A DNA stretch of 64,000 nt from Candidatus Woesearchaeota archaeon (GCA_016203305.1 JACQMY010000020.1:8003-72002), one strand, 5' to 3'; positions 1-10,439 are shown, counted from the stretch's first letter. The notes: generated by a model not told the origin, from the sequence alone. Numbers and translations: made by a program.

Positions 1-377
1 AAAACCATGTCCGCATTCTGCAAGGCATTCTTAATATCGTGCTCGTTCTCCCTGGCGGCTTCCTCGCCCAACTTCGGATCAGAACCAGCACCCATACCTT
101 TTGTCCGTTCACGACCGATCAAAATCTTCTTATCAGCAGTCGTGTACAACAAGTCCTGAGCATCAGTGTTTATCCCAATAGTTTCAGCCCCCTGAATGCC
201 AACCTCAGCAATACGATTGATAGTGTTGTTTCCACCACCGCCACAACCAACCACCTTTATGCTCGCTCGCTGCCTGGACAACATCTCCTCAAGCTCAGTA
301 TCAATAGGGTGATTAGTTGTACGTTTTTGCAATAATTTCGGATCACTCGTTGGCTGCTGCGGCTTGATAAAATTCAT
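1..377 (-). CDS. ftsZ: Cell division protein FtsZ, N-terminal part (runs off window start)
   Basis: Manual translation of the minus strand gives IKVVGCGGGGNNTINRI...INTDAQDL...GMGAGSDPKLGEEAA; not in the ORF track. Confidence 0.93.
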   Translation of the reverse strand, partial: MNFIKPQQPTSDPKLLQKRTTNHPIDTELEEMLSRQRASIKVVGCGGGGNNTINRIAEVGIQGAETIGINTDAQDLLYTTADKKILIGRERTKGMGAGSDPKLGEEAARENEHDIKNALQNADMV

Positions 378-447
378 CCCTTTTACACCCACCAGAACGA
401 ACAACCAATGCCTATTTAAGGATTGTTGAGAGTCAGAATATAGTTGC

Positions 448-607
448 AGGCAGCTGGCTTTTGGACATTAGCTATTAGCCTGCAGTTGGTAGTGTGGGTA
501 GGGCGCAGGATGAAGGAAGAAGATGGAAGGATGAAGGCAGTAGGACGTAGGTTGAAGAATGTAGACTACTAACTACGCACTACAAACTCAGAAGAAGGAC
601 GAGGAGC
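448..607 (+). repeat. Degenerate heptamer array
   Basis: 7-nt-spaced TTAGCNN/NNNNAGG units (gcgcagg atgaagg ... acgtagg) between divergent ftsZ and ribL. Confidence 0.75.
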
Positions 608-643
608 GTGAAATTATTAAACAAAGCCAAAAATACACTGCTA

Positions 644-1075
644 ATGAAAACAGTAATGGCATTCGGAACATTTGATGTATTGCATCCAGGACACTTGTTT
701 CTATTTTCAGAAGCCAAAAAACATGGCGATCGCCTTGTGGTAGTTGTAGCCCGCGACAAAACAGTACAAAAAGTCAAAGGACACCAAACACTCCATGACG
801 AACAAAAAAGATTGCTTGCAGTCAAACAATCTACTGAAGTAGATCTGGCAGTACTCGGACACCTTGACGACGTATACAAAGTTCTTGAAGAACACAAGCC
901 AAACGTTATTTGCCTAGGGTACGACCAGCACGCATTCACAGACAAGCTAGCGTGTGAATTGGAAAAACGAAAAATAAACGCAAGCATAGTACGACTCCCA
1001 CCATACCAAGAACACTTATACAAAAGCTCGATCATCAAGAGCAAACACGCTTCCTGCCAACAGGATGTTCTCTAA
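644..1075 (+). CDS. ribL: FAD synthase / cytidylyltransferase family
   Basis: FGTFDVLHPGH (HxGH), VVVARD, ICLGYDQ; start set at MKTVMAF. Confidence 0.85.
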   Translation: MKTVMAFGTFDVLHPGHLFLFSEAKKHGDRLVVVVARDKTVQKVKGHQTLHDEQKRLLAVKQSTEVDLAVLGHLDDVYKVLEEHKPNVICLGYDQHAFTDKLACELEKRKINASIVRLPPYQEHLYKSSIIKSKHASCQQDVL

Positions 1076-1286
1076 ACACTTTTTTCAGATGCAACATGTC
1101 TGCAGTTGCTTTCTTGGCAGTCTCCTGATCCTTCGTCACATTGCGCAACTGCAACAGCCTCCGAATGACAGGAGCATAACCGTCACGCTTCACCAATCTT
1201 TCCAACAAAGAACGACGCTTTGATTGAAGCAAAGACTTGCTCCAACCACCAAGCTTGCCAGACTCAAAATGCGCCCATTTTTTCAT
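1035..1286 (-). CDS. Small basic hypothetical protein (resembles DUF5771-type proteins)
   Basis: 83-aa ORF with minus-strand codon bias; GKLGGW...RRSLLERLVKRDGYAPVIRRL...ADMLHLKK. Confidence 0.55.
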   Translation of the reverse strand: MKKWAHFESGKLGGWSKSLLQSKRRSLLERLVKRDGYAPVIRRLLQLRNVTKDQETAKKATADMLHLKKVFREHPVGRKRVCS

Positions 1287-1324
1287 AAGCTAAGTATAAT
1301 ATCTGCGCTTAAAAGAATTGTGAA

Positions 1325-2053
1325 TCAATGCTTATGATTCGGATCGCTATGGTCGTGTCCAGCATGATCGTGATGGTCGTCTGCTTTTTTTGACTCTGGT
1401 TCATGAAGGATGTAATCAACGTCACAACCTGTCAGTTCCTTAACCTTCTTAGAAAGCTCGGCCAAAATTTCAGCAGGCAACTTTGGAATGTCAACCTTTG
1501 CCTTATTGCCAGCAACTTCAACCTTTGTCCTAATGCCCAAAAGCACCTTAAGAATGGATTCAACCTGCACCTTTTTGTCCGTAACAACCTTGTTAACCTT
1601 CAGCTCGTAAATAACATCATGACCAGCAAGAGGGTGGTTGAAATCAACAACAGTTCTGCCACCACTAACAGACTTGATAATGCCAACGTAGCCGTCAATA
1701 TTTAATCTCAGACCAGGAACAGGCTTGATCCCTTGTTCAGCAAACTTGTTAGTCGGCAACATTTTCAGCATGCTAGCATCTTTTTTGCCAAAAGCATGGT
1801 CTGCCTTAATTTCAACAGAAAACTTGCCAGCATCCTTGCCAACCAAAAACTCATCTAGACCCTTCAACAAATGGCCCTCGCCAACGCAGATAACAATAGG
1901 TTGGTATATTGCATTCTTCGCATGAATCTTAGACTCCTTCGCAGTTTTCTCATCAGTAGTATCAAACACTTCATTAGAATCCTTCAAACGGCCAGTATAT
2001 TCCAACTCGACAAAATCGTTCTTTTTAATCGGCATAGAACGAGGGGGACTCAC
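1325..2053 (-). CDS. slyD: FKBP-type peptidyl-prolyl isomerase, SlyD-like, His-rich tail
   Basis: VELEYTGRL, FDTT, VDFNHPLAG; C-terminus DDHHDHAGHDH. Confidence 0.9.
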   Translation of the reverse strand: MSPPRSMPIKKNDFVELEYTGRLKDSNEVFDTTDEKTAKESKIHAKNAIYQPIVICVGEGHLLKGLDEFLVGKDAGKFSVEIKADHAFGKKDASMLKMLPTNKFAEQGIKPVPGLRLNIDGYVGIIKSVSGGRTVVDFNHPLAGHDVIYELKVNKVVTDKKVQVESILKVLLGIRTKVEVAGNKAKVDIPKLPAEILAELSKKVKELTGCDVDYILHEPESKKADDHHDHAGHDHSDPNHKH

Positions 2054-2601
2054 TTGCTTTTTAAAACTTTGCCCTTCATCAAATCAATGATCTTTTTGGC
2101 TATTTTATCCGGTGTGAGATTTGTTGTGTCAATAATGTGGTCATAATTCTTCAGATTCAAAAAGTCAACATTATACCATTTCTTATAGCGAGCAGCTGTC
2201 TCGTTCAGCCTTTTTGAAATCATTTCAAACACTTCTTCAACGGAATCCTTGTGCGCTTCATCAGGCCGTTGGTTTGCGAAAATCCGTCTTGCAGCTTCAT
2301 GTAAATCGACGTCCAGAAAAATCTTCACAGAGTTTGGAATAAAATTCCACGCAAGCCAGCTGTCAAACACGATATTATCCTCGGTCTTGCCCATCTTTTC
2401 TAGCAAATCATCACACTCCTTATCAGTCCAGATCTCCTTCTTTCCAACCTCATTCAACTGGTCTATAGTCAGCCCGTGCTTCATCGCGATCTGGCCTCTC
2501 AAATCGCCAGCAGAAAAAAACTTGTAACCAAGCTCCTTTGCTACAATCCTAGCAACAGTAGACTTTCCAGAACCTGGCTTACCGGTAAGTGTGATTATCA
2601 T
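2050..2601 (-). CDS. cmk: Cytidylate kinase, archaeal type
   Basis: ITLTGKPGSGKSTVA P-loop, SAG, YDHIIDTT. Confidence 0.88.
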   Translation of the reverse strand: MIITLTGKPGSGKSTVARIVAKELGYKFFSAGDLRGQIAMKHGLTIDQLNEVGKKEIWTDKECDDLLEKMGKTEDNIVFDSWLAWNFIPNSVKIFLDVDLHEAARRIFANQRPDEAHKDSVEEVFEMISKRLNETAARYKKWYNVDFLNLKNYDHIIDTTNLTPDKIAKKIIDLMKGKVLKSK

Positions 2602-2692
2602 TTCTTTGCAAAATATTTACTTGTTTATAATCATTATTGTAGCCCTCTTTTATAAAAATTATCAATAGAGGATAAAATTTATAAAGAGGTCC

Positions 2693-3577
2693 TTGTGGCA
2701 GCAGACTGTGAGTGAAGAAATCCAGTTTGAAGAACAACATCAGACACAAGTAGCTATTGCTCCTGAAATGAGCAGAGCATACAAGGAAGCAACAGGAGAC
2801 ACAAACAAACTCCACGACGTCTACGCACTAGGCTTTCAACTTGAACTAATTCTGGAAAGACTAGCACGGCCGGTAGTTACAAGGTATAATCCCTTCCATG
2901 AGCTTGTCGGCATTCAAACAACATTCCACCTGCCAGTACCAGTTGATGCAACATGCACTGCAGAAATCAAAGCAGACGCAGATAGAGCCTATATTCAGGC
3001 ACAACTTATCCACGAAGGAAAAGTTGCAACAACCAGCGAATTACGTTATGGCTTCGAAGGAGTCAGACTATGCGCTCCTGGAACACTTTGCCTTGCAGTA
3101 CCAACAATTGAAGCACGCGCAAAACAACACCTTCCAGTACAATACGTGCTAACTGAACAAAACGCGCGACTTGCAGCACAAGGAATAGGCAAAACAGAAC
3201 CAGACTATGCAGCATTAGCACTAGGACTAGTAAGCAACGCGCTAATCCAACGAGCACGAGAACTCCAACCAGAAGGAGGAGAATCAAAACAACCAAAATA
3301 CGACCAGCACACAATCATACCCTGCGCAGGAATACGCGAGCTTACAGACGGCACAAGTATAGATGTATATGTTGCCCTAGAACCAATAGAAGAAACAGTA
3401 AAAAATCCATTAACTGGAAATCGCACAGAACTCAAGCGCACAAACAGATACCGCGCATTAGCATACGCAGAAGCAGAAAAAGTGCCAGTCTATGCATTCC
3501 TCGCGCAAATCAAAATCATGAAAGAAGGCGGACTACAAAGACTGCTTGACAAGGCAAAAAGAACCGCAAACCCATAA
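2693..3577 (+). CDS. Hypothetical protein with MaoC-like hot-dog motif
   Basis: ATGDTNKLHD resembles the MaoC GDxNPxH motif; FHLPV downstream. Confidence 0.5.
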   Translation: MWQQTVSEEIQFEEQHQTQVAIAPEMSRAYKEATGDTNKLHDVYALGFQLELILERLARPVVTRYNPFHELVGIQTTFHLPVPVDATCTAEIKADADRAYIQAQLIHEGKVATTSELRYGFEGVRLCAPGTLCLAVPTIEARAKQHLPVQYVLTEQNARLAAQGIGKTEPDYAALALGLVSNALIQRARELQPEGGESKQPKYDQHTIIPCAGIRELTDGTSIDVYVALEPIEETVKNPLTGNRTELKRTNRYRALAYAEAEKVPVYAFLAQIKIMKEGGLQRLLDKAKRTANP

Positions 3578-3696
3578 TCTTTTTAAACCACCTGCTTCCG
3601 ATTATAGTAATACTGGGGTGAACACCATGGTATCGAAAGCTTCGCTTTCGGAACCATAAAAATCACTTTAGCACATAAACACTGGAGGTGTTTTTT

Positions 3697-5322
3697 ATGG
3701 CCAAAGAAGTACAACCAATCTTTATCCTGCCGGAAGGCACACAACGAACTACAGGAAAGAACGCGCAACGCAACAACATAATGGCAGCAAAACTAGTTGC
3801 TGAAACTGTTCGCACAACACTAGGGCCAAAAGGCATGGACAAAATGATCGTTGACTCAATGGGAGACATCACCATAACAAACGACGGAGTCACAATCCTT
3901 GAAGAGATGCAAGTAGAACACCCAGCAGCAAAAATGATAGTCGAAGTAGCAAAGACACAAGAAGCAGAAGTCGGAGATGGAACGACAACAGCGGTTGTCA
4001 TCGCAGGCGAACTACTTAGACGCGCAGAAGAACTACTAGACCAAAACGTGCATCCGACAGTCATCGCGCGCGGCTTCAGACTAGCAGAAGAAAAAGCACA
4101 AGAAGTCCTCAACAAAATAGCAGAAGACGTGAGCGACAAAGATGATGCAGTATTGCGGAAGATAGCAGGAACAGCATTAACAGGCAAGGGAGCAGAATCA
4201 GCAAAGGACAAACTCTCAGAAATAGCAGTCAAAGCAGTCAAACGCGTGATCGAACATGAAGGAGGACACATCCACTTCGACAGAGACAATGTCAAGCTAG
4301 AAAAGAAAACAGGCGGCTCGGTGGAAGACACAGAACTAATTGAAGGAATCGTAGTAGAAAAAGAAGCAGTGCATCCCCAAATGCCAAAAATGATCAAAGC
4401 ACCAAAAATCGTATTGCTGGATTGCGCAATAGAAATCAAAGACACGGAAATAGACGCAAAAATCGAAATAACAGAACCATCACAAATGCAAGCATTCTTG
4501 GCACAGGAAGAAAAAATACTGTCAGAAATGGCAGACAAAATAGCAGCAAGCGGCGCAAACGTCCTCTTCTGCCAAAAAGGAATAGATGATTTAGCTCAAC
4601 ACTTCCTGGCTAAAAAAGGCATATACGCAGCAAGACGGGTGAAGAAAAGCGACTTAGAAGCACTCAGCAGAGCAACAGGAGCGCGCGTAGTGACGTCAAT
4701 CAAAGACTTGAACAGCAAAGACCTAGGAACAGCCGGTATGGTAGAAGAGAAAAAAATCGGCAGCGAAGAAATGACCTTTGTAACAGGATGCAAAAACCCA
4801 AAGGCAGTAACAATATTGGTACGCGGCGGAACCGAGCATGTTGTTGATGAAGCAAAAAGAGCGCTTACTGACGCCATAGGAGACGTAGCAGCATCAATCA
4901 AAATCGGCAAAGTAGTGGCAGGAGCAGGAGCGCCAGAAATAGAAGTCTCAAAAGAATTACGCAAGTTCTCAGACACCCTAACAGGAAGAGAGCAACTAGC
5001 AGTCATGGCTTTTGCTGAAGCACTCGAAGTAATTCCAAGAACGCTCGCAGAGAACGCAGGAATGGACCCAATAGACATCTTGGTTGAGTTGCGCGCGGCT
5101 CATGATAAGAAGCAGAAGTGGGCAGGCATAGACGTCTTCAAAGGAAAAGTAGTAGATTCATGGGCAGCAGGTGTAATTGAGCCACTCAAGATAAAAACAC
5201 AAGCTCTGAGTTCTGCATCAGAAGTGGCACAAATGATACTGCGAATAGACGACGTCATAGCTGGCAGCAGCAAAGGCGGCGGAATGCCACCAATGGGCGG
5301 CGGCCACGGAATGGAGATGTAA
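3697..5322 (+). CDS. thsA: Thermosome subunit (group II chaperonin)
   Basis: [33 protein letters not shown] tail; SD GGAGGTG upstream. Confidence 0.97.
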   Translation: MAKEVQPIFILPEGTQRTTGKNAQRNNIMAAKLVAETVRTTLGPKGMDKMIVDSMGDITITNDGVTILEEMQVEHPAAKMIVEVAKTQEAEVGDGTTTAVVIAGELLRRAEELLDQNVHPTVIARGFRLAEEKAQEVLNKIAEDVSDKDDAVLRKIAGTALTGKGAESAKDKLSEIAVKAVKRVIEHEGGHIHFDRDNVKLEKKTGGSVEDTELIEGIVVEKEAVHPQMPKMIKAPKIVLLDCAIEIKDTEIDAKIEITEPSQMQAFLAQEEKILSEMADKIAASGANVLFCQKGIDDLAQHFLAKKGIYAARRVKKSDLEALSRATGARVVTSIKDLNSKDLGTAGMVEEKKIGSEEMTFVTGCKNPKAVTILVRGGTEHVVDEAKRALTDAIGDVAASIKIGKVVAGAGAPEIEVSKELRKFSDTLTGREQLAVMAFAEALEVIPRTLAENAGMDPIDILVELRAAHDKKQKWAGIDVFKGKVVDSWAAGVIEPLKIKTQALSSASEVAQMILRIDDVIAGSSKGGGMPPMGGGHGMEM

Positions 5323-5450
5323 GATAGGATGAAGGACGTTAGGGATTAGGCATTGGGTACTAGGTTGTAGGTATTAGGACGAAGGGCGCAGGATGAAGGC
5401 GGAAGGAAGAAGGACACAGGTTGTAGGAAAAAGATAAGAACTGTTGGCTG
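5323..5450 (+). repeat. Degenerate heptamer array
   Basis: cattggg tactagg ttgtagg tattagg acgaagg gcgcagg atgaagg cggaagg aagaagg acacagg ttgtagg. Confidence 0.9.
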
Positions 5451-5626
5451 TCCAGATCCTAACCAAGCATACATAACAACGCCAACAATCGTTTAAAGCT
5501 CATACGAGTTCTTAACCAAAACGAGCTTAACTAAACTTTGCAAGGGAAAACGTACAGTATGTGGGGAAATCTTTATATATCCTCCAAGCTCTATTTAAAT
5601 CATTCAACAATAAAAAGGTGATTTAC

Positions 5627-6157
5627 ATGCCAGAAGACGTTCCTCCACAAGAAGAAGAATATGAATTACTTCCGCACAAAGAAATAGAAGAGCTAAAACA
5701 AGAACTCTCCAAACTAAAAGAATTTGAAGTAACACCAAGCAAAAAAATGCACGTCAGCTTGCTGGAACTCAATACAAAGCTCGACAAATTGCTAACCATC
5801 TTTGAAGATGCAGCGCACGAAATGAGAGTAGAAGAAGGCGGACTAAGCTTTGCAGAAAAAATGCGACCACTACTCGAAAAGATGAACAAGGTGCTAGAAC
5901 AAAATAGCGAGATAGCATCAGGCATACTTGCACTTGCGGACATGGTAAAAGACGTGAAAGGACCAACATCCATGCATGACGAGCCAAGAATGCCAGAACC
6001 AGTATTCCCAACACCAGCAGCACCGGCAGGAATGCCTCCACTGCCAGGAATGCCACCAGGAGGAATGCCACTTCAAGGCGCAGGAATCCAGCCGCCACCA
6101 AGAGGCAACATACCACCACTCCCGCCACTTCCACGCAAAAGAACGTTCGGACTCTAA
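5627..6157 (+). CDS. Hypothetical coiled-coil protein with Pro-rich C-terminus
   Basis: SD AGGTGA before ATG 5627; helical N-half, PPLP repeats. Confidence 0.75.
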   Translation: MPEDVPPQEEEYELLPHKEIEELKQELSKLKEFEVTPSKKMHVSLLELNTKLDKLLTIFEDAAHEMRVEEGGLSFAEKMRPLLEKMNKVLEQNSEIASGILALADMVKDVKGPTSMHDEPRMPEPVFPTPAAPAGMPPLPGMPPGGMPLQGAGIQPPPRGNIPPLPPLPRKRTFGL

Positions 6158-6160
6158 ACA

Positions 6161-6700
6161 ATGACCAAGCTAGACATCGGAGACATGTTTATAGACCGAG
6201 TAAAAAGCAGCCTATTTCTCTACTACCTAGCACGCGCAAGCCAAAGACAAGATAACAGGCAATTAAGGCATCGCAAGGAAGAACTAGCAGTCAAACAAAT
6301 GCGCAAGCTAAACACCAACGCCCTACGTGGGCACGTAAAAGAACTAGACACGCACATGACAGAAGCAATAAAACGCGAAAGAGCCATACAAACCCACCAG
6401 CAAGGAGAAGAACACGTACACACAGAACTAAAACACAAAATCACAGCACTAGAAGGCAAGCTAGGAAGATATTTGGAAACACAAGAACAACGCAAAAAAA
6501 GAGTGCAAGAGCTTGAGCAAAAAATTGTTCAAAAATTCAAAACCAAAAAAGAAAAAATAAACGCATTACACCAGGATGTAAGCAAGCTAACCAAGATTTA
6601 TTTAGCAATAAAGAAAAGCAGAAAGCACACACCAGAACAATTGTTACGCGTTGCGAAACGGATAGCGGTGCTGAAGCAAAGAATAGCGATGCTGCACTAA
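6161..6700 (+). CDS. Hypothetical basic coiled-coil protein
   Basis: 179-aa ORF directly after the previous gene, typical plus-strand codon bias. Confidence 0.7.
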   Translation: MTKLDIGDMFIDRVKSSLFLYYLARASQRQDNRQLRHRKEELAVKQMRKLNTNALRGHVKELDTHMTEAIKRERAIQTHQQGEEHVHTELKHKITALEGKLGRYLETQEQRKKRVQELEQKIVQKFKTKKEKINALHQDVSKLTKIYLAIKKSRKHTPEQLLRVAKRIAVLKQRIAMLH

Positions 6701-6718
6701 GTCTCCAAATGCCGCTCA

Positions 6719-7153
6719 TCAAGCCTTATTTGCCTGAGAAAGATATTCTCCAGGGGTGATGATCTTTGTCTTTCCAATTTGTTTAAGAACGAGCAGATCA
6801 TCATCCAGTGAAACCAAAAAATCAGCATCTATTTGATTTGCAAGCGAAAGAAACTTATCATCTTTTGGATCGCGACACAATCTAATCTCAAATTCCTGCA
6901 GTTGCTGAATATCATAAGAAACCTCTTGAATGATATGAAGAAAATGATCCTGCTTTTCTCTGTCCAACCCAAACTTTTCTCTCGACAAGACACTCTTCAC
7001 TTCTTCAATAATCTCTCTGGTGTAAAAATTGAATACACGTTGCTGAACAATTTGCTCGAAGACAGCGGCAGCACCGCCCGTCTCAGAAAGAAGTGCGGCC
7101 ACGTACGCGCTCGAGTCCAAAATGACTCTAACGCTTCTTGATCTCTCCAACAA
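6719..7153 (-). CDS. vapC: PIN-domain toxin (VapC-like, PIN_3 type)
   Basis: VILDSSAYV, CRDPKDDKFL, LVSLDDDLL. Confidence 0.88.
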   Translation of the reverse strand: MLERSRSVRVILDSSAYVAALLSETGGAAAVFEQIVQQRVFNFYTREIIEEVKSVLSREKFGLDREKQDHFLHIIQEVSYDIQQLQEFEIRLCRDPKDDKFLSLANQIDADFLVSLDDDLLVLKQIGKTKIITPGEYLSQANKA

Positions 7154-7373
7154 TCTCCGCCTCGCTCAACTTCTCCACGGATGCTCTCAGATTCTGGAAT
7201 TCGCCCAGGAGTTTCTTCCGGTCAACACGCCGGAAAACCAACGTATCCTTATCTACCATCACTATGCTGAACAGCGTTCCCTTTGGAGCAGGCATCTGAT
7301 CACGAATAGACTTTGGAATAACAGCCTGTCCGCGTTCTCCGACCGTTGTCAATTCTACTTCCATGCCTTTCAT
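7128..7373 (-). CDS. AbrB/MazE/SpoVT-family antitoxin
   Basis: TVGERGQAVIPKSIR; overlaps the PIN gene. Confidence 0.88.
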   Translation of the reverse strand: MKGMEVELTTVGERGQAVIPKSIRDQMPAPKGTLFSIVMVDKDTLVFRRVDRKKLLGEFQNLRASVEKLSEAEIVGEIKKR

Positions 7374-7380
7374 TCATATT

Positions 7381-7397
7381 AGTATGATAATCATACT
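7381..7397. promoter_or_regulatory. Palindromic operator candidate for the AbrB-VapC operon
   Basis: AGTATGAT-A-ATCATACT perfect inverted repeat just upstream of the antitoxin start. Confidence 0.6.
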
Positions 7398-7499
7398 TAT
7401 AAAGATTGCGTTTTTATGTGTGATTATCAAATAGTCCTTATGAAACGAGAAGACTGGCTAAGAATTGTCAAGCCAACCATTGTGGAATTTAGCAACTAA

Positions 7500-8612
7500 T
7501 CACTTGAACTGTAACAGCGCACCACGATAAGTATGAATCCGAATACCCTGTTGTCGCGTCACTTCGCCCGCAACCTTTGCCTCCAAGCCACGGTTTTTTG
7601 CAATTGCAATCACCTGCTCTGGCTGCGGCGTCACCAATAACATGCCATTCCCCATATTCCACGTCCTGTGCGCATCCTCCTCGCTCATCCGCGCCATATC
7701 GTGAATGTCTTTCATCACTTGCGGTGGCTCAAATAACCCTCCCAACGTTGCCCCAAACCCTGAAGGCTGCAACGCCCGTTTCAGCTTCTCAGGAATTCCG
7801 CCGCCAGTAATGTGCGCAACCGCGTGAAGCTTCGCACGAGGCTCATCCCAAACGCCCCCAAACATATCAACGACCGCGGCAGAATAAATGACTGAAGGAG
7901 TAAGCGCCAACTCGCCCAAATGAGCACCCTCTAGTGTTGTTTCCCAGTTCATCCCGTACGCATCACGCAACGTCCTGCGCACCAGCGAAATCCCGTTCGA
8001 GCGAAAACCATTCTCGCGCAAAGCAACAATTGCATCACCTGGCACTACCTCCTTGCCCGTAATCATCTTGTCCTCATGCGCAAACCACACTAACCCTGCG
8101 CCCCAATTATAGTTGAAACCACTATAACCCGAAACACGCGCGCCAAGCTCGGCAACCTCACCATTAATCACAGCAACACCCGCATCCCTCGCTGCGTGCA
8201 CGTACCCTACAGCTAACTGCGCGATCACATTCAAATGATTTTTTTGCGGGCCATTCAACTGATTCACATCCAAAATAGAACCGACCAACACGGGCTCAGC
8301 ACCACGAACAACCGCATCATCGCATACCATCGCAAACAAATCATATGCCACCGTATCATGACTCCCCAAACGCTCCGCAAGTTCCACCTTCGTTCCCACA
8401 CCATCAAACCCCAATGACATGATCGTGCCCTTTGGGAGGTTGCCAACTCTTATTGCTCGCAAACCAGAAAAAGAATCGGTTGGAACAATCACTTCACCTA
8501 AACGACCCTTTCTATTCTCCCACGTCTGCTTTGCCGCCTCATAAAAGATCCGCGAAGCGCCCTCTTTTAGATCATCATGAACCCCTGCGGCAGCATATGC
8601 CTCGTTCGCCAT
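7500..8612 (-). CDS. purM: AIR synthase (phosphoribosylformylglycinamidine cyclo-ligase)
   Basis: YAAAGV, DGVGTK, AMVCDD, GFRSNG, HITGGG, TWNMGNG. Confidence 0.88.
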   Translation of the reverse strand: MANEAYAAAGVHDDLKEGASRIFYEAAKQTWENRKGRLGEVIVPTDSFSGLRAIRVGNLPKGTIMSLGFDGVGTKVELAERLGSHDTVAYDLFAMVCDDAVVRGAEPVLVGSILDVNQLNGPQKNHLNVIAQLAVGYVHAARDAGVAVINGEVAELGARVSGYSGFNYNWGAGLVWFAHEDKMITGKEVVPGDAIVALRENGFRSNGISLVRRTLRDAYGMNWETTLEGAHLGELALTPSVIYSAAVVDMFGGVWDEPRAKLHAVAHITGGGIPEKLKRALQPSGFGATLGGLFEPPQVMKDIHDMARMSEEDAHRTWNMGNGMLLVTPQPEQVIAIAKNRGLEAKVAGEVTRQQGIRIHTYRGALLQFK

Positions 8613-8659
8613 GCGATTCTTTTTCAAGAACTTAGTTATAAGAATTATTGTTCTCAAAT

Positions 8660-10366
8660 CTACTTGTGCGCGAACCAAAATGTTAGTTTATCCTTCTCCT
8701 TCTTGTCCAAACGGCAGAAGCCAAAGCGCTCGAATTGGACCATGTCTCCGGCTTTGAGATCTTTCAAACCAATTTCGCCCAGTCCTTTTATCAATTTCTT
8801 GTCGGTCATCAACACTTCAACGTTCACATTATCAGCATCCCTTGGAAGCCAGTGTAAGGTGGATTCTCCACGCTCGCGATACACAACGTAGTCAGTGCTG
8901 TCAAAAATAAACTCCTTGCCCTCCTTGCGGAAGTTCAAACAATCCATCAGACGATAAAGCTTCTTTGCCTTCGTCTTGTTGAGATCATCCTTGGAAACAT
9001 AAAACTCAGTGTTTGCATTAAAAGAACGATCGCCACGCTTATGATAATCGGGATGCAAGTGAAGTTTGACAGTCTGCTCAGGTGCGTTTTTAACAGTCAA
9101 TTTTACAGGATTTGCAACGAAAAAGTATCTGTTCGCTACAGGGTCGATAATGTCGCGGTTGTGAGCCTCCAAACTCTTGAAAAAATCATCAGCAGGAACA
9201 ACCTTGTCATTCAAACCAATGCCCATGTCCATCGCAAAACGATGGAAAGCACCAGGTTGAAAGCCACGACGCTTCATTGCTGCTAAGGTAACCAAACGAA
9301 TGTCGTCCCAGTCATCATACTCGCCACGCTCAATGGCTGCCTTGATCTTGCGCTTGCTAATCTCAACACCCTCAAAATTAATCTTGCCAATATAGGAATG
9401 AGTTGGAGAATTCCAGCCAAAAAAGTTGTAAATATGCTGCTGGCGCTTCGCATTATCCATATGATCCTTCCCGCGAATAGTGTGCGTTACGCCCATCTCA
9501 TGATCGTCAATAGCAACAGCAAAATTCATCAAAGGCCAAACTTTATACTTATCCTTCGTTCTTGGGTGCACGTTATGATTAATCCGCATAGCAGGCCAGT
9601 CACGCATTGCAGGATTCGGATCATTAATGTCAGTCTTAATTCGTACCACTGCCTGGCCAGGCTCGTACTCAACAAACATCTTATCCCAACGAGAAACTTG
9701 CTCCTTGATTGACAAATCCCTGCAAGGACATGGCTGCTTTTTCATCACAAAATTCCTAAATAAATCACCAGAGCAAGTGCAAACATAAGATTGACCTTTG
9801 TTGATCAACTTCTCCATATAATCATAATAAGTCTCCAAACGATCACTCTGAATGATAACCTTGTGGATATGATTGTCGGTCATCCAATTCCAATCCTGTT
9901 CGGTAAGCCTGTAAGCAGGCTCGTAAATCTCCTCAGGATTCGTGTCCTCAAAACGCAAAATAAGCTTGCCATCATACTCCCTGCAATACAAATGACTCAA
10001 CGAAAAAACAACACCATGACCGATGTGCTGCATACCACTCGGACTTGGAGCTAAACGCATAACAACCTTGCCTTTGACCGCATTAGGCAACGGCTTAAGC
10101 TTTTTTTCTTCAACAACCTTTTTTTCAACCAAAAGTTCAGGAGCAAGCTTTTGCAATTCCTCTATTTGCTGTTCAACAGGAATGACTTTGACTTCATCAC
10201 AAATATTCTTGATCTCCGGCGTTAACGCCTTCAAATTAGCTTTTAACTCAGGACGCTCGCCAATCAATTTACCAACAACAGCCCCCATATTAGGAACACC
10301 ATTGTATTTACGAGCGTTATCCAAAGCGTACTTACGGATGATAAGCTTAAGGTCGTCCATGCACAC
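8660..10366 (-). CDS. gltX: Glutamate--tRNA ligase, archaeal type
   Basis: RLAPSPSG-HIGH, RFEDTN, THTIRGKDH, QFERFGFCR. Confidence 0.95.
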   Translation of the reverse strand: MCMDDLKLIIRKYALDNARKYNGVPNMGAVVGKLIGERPELKANLKALTPEIKNICDEVKVIPVEQQIEELQKLAPELLVEKKVVEEKKLKPLPNAVKGKVVMRLAPSPSGMQHIGHGVVFSLSHLYCREYDGKLILRFEDTNPEEIYEPAYRLTEQDWNWMTDNHIHKVIIQSDRLETYYDYMEKLINKGQSYVCTCSGDLFRNFVMKKQPCPCRDLSIKEQVSRWDKMFVEYEPGQAVVRIKTDINDPNPAMRDWPAMRINHNVHPRTKDKYKVWPLMNFAVAIDDHEMGVTHTIRGKDHMDNAKRQQHIYNFFGWNSPTHSYIGKINFEGVEISKRKIKAAIERGEYDDWDDIRLVTLAAMKRRGFQPGAFHRFAMDMGIGLNDKVVPADDFFKSLEAHNRDIIDPVANRYFFVANPVKLTVKNAPEQTVKLHLHPDYHKRGDRSFNANTEFYVSKDDLNKTKAKKLYRLMDCLNFRKEGKEFIFDSTDYVVYRERGESTLHWLPRDADNVNVEVLMTDKKLIKGLGEIGLKDLKAGDMVQFERFGFCRLDKKEKDKLTFWFAHK

Positions 10367-10439
10367 AAGAAGTCAATGATTGCTATTTAAAGCTGACTGT
10401 GCCGAAAGCTATAAAAACCCCACCTTGCGGCGATTCTTT

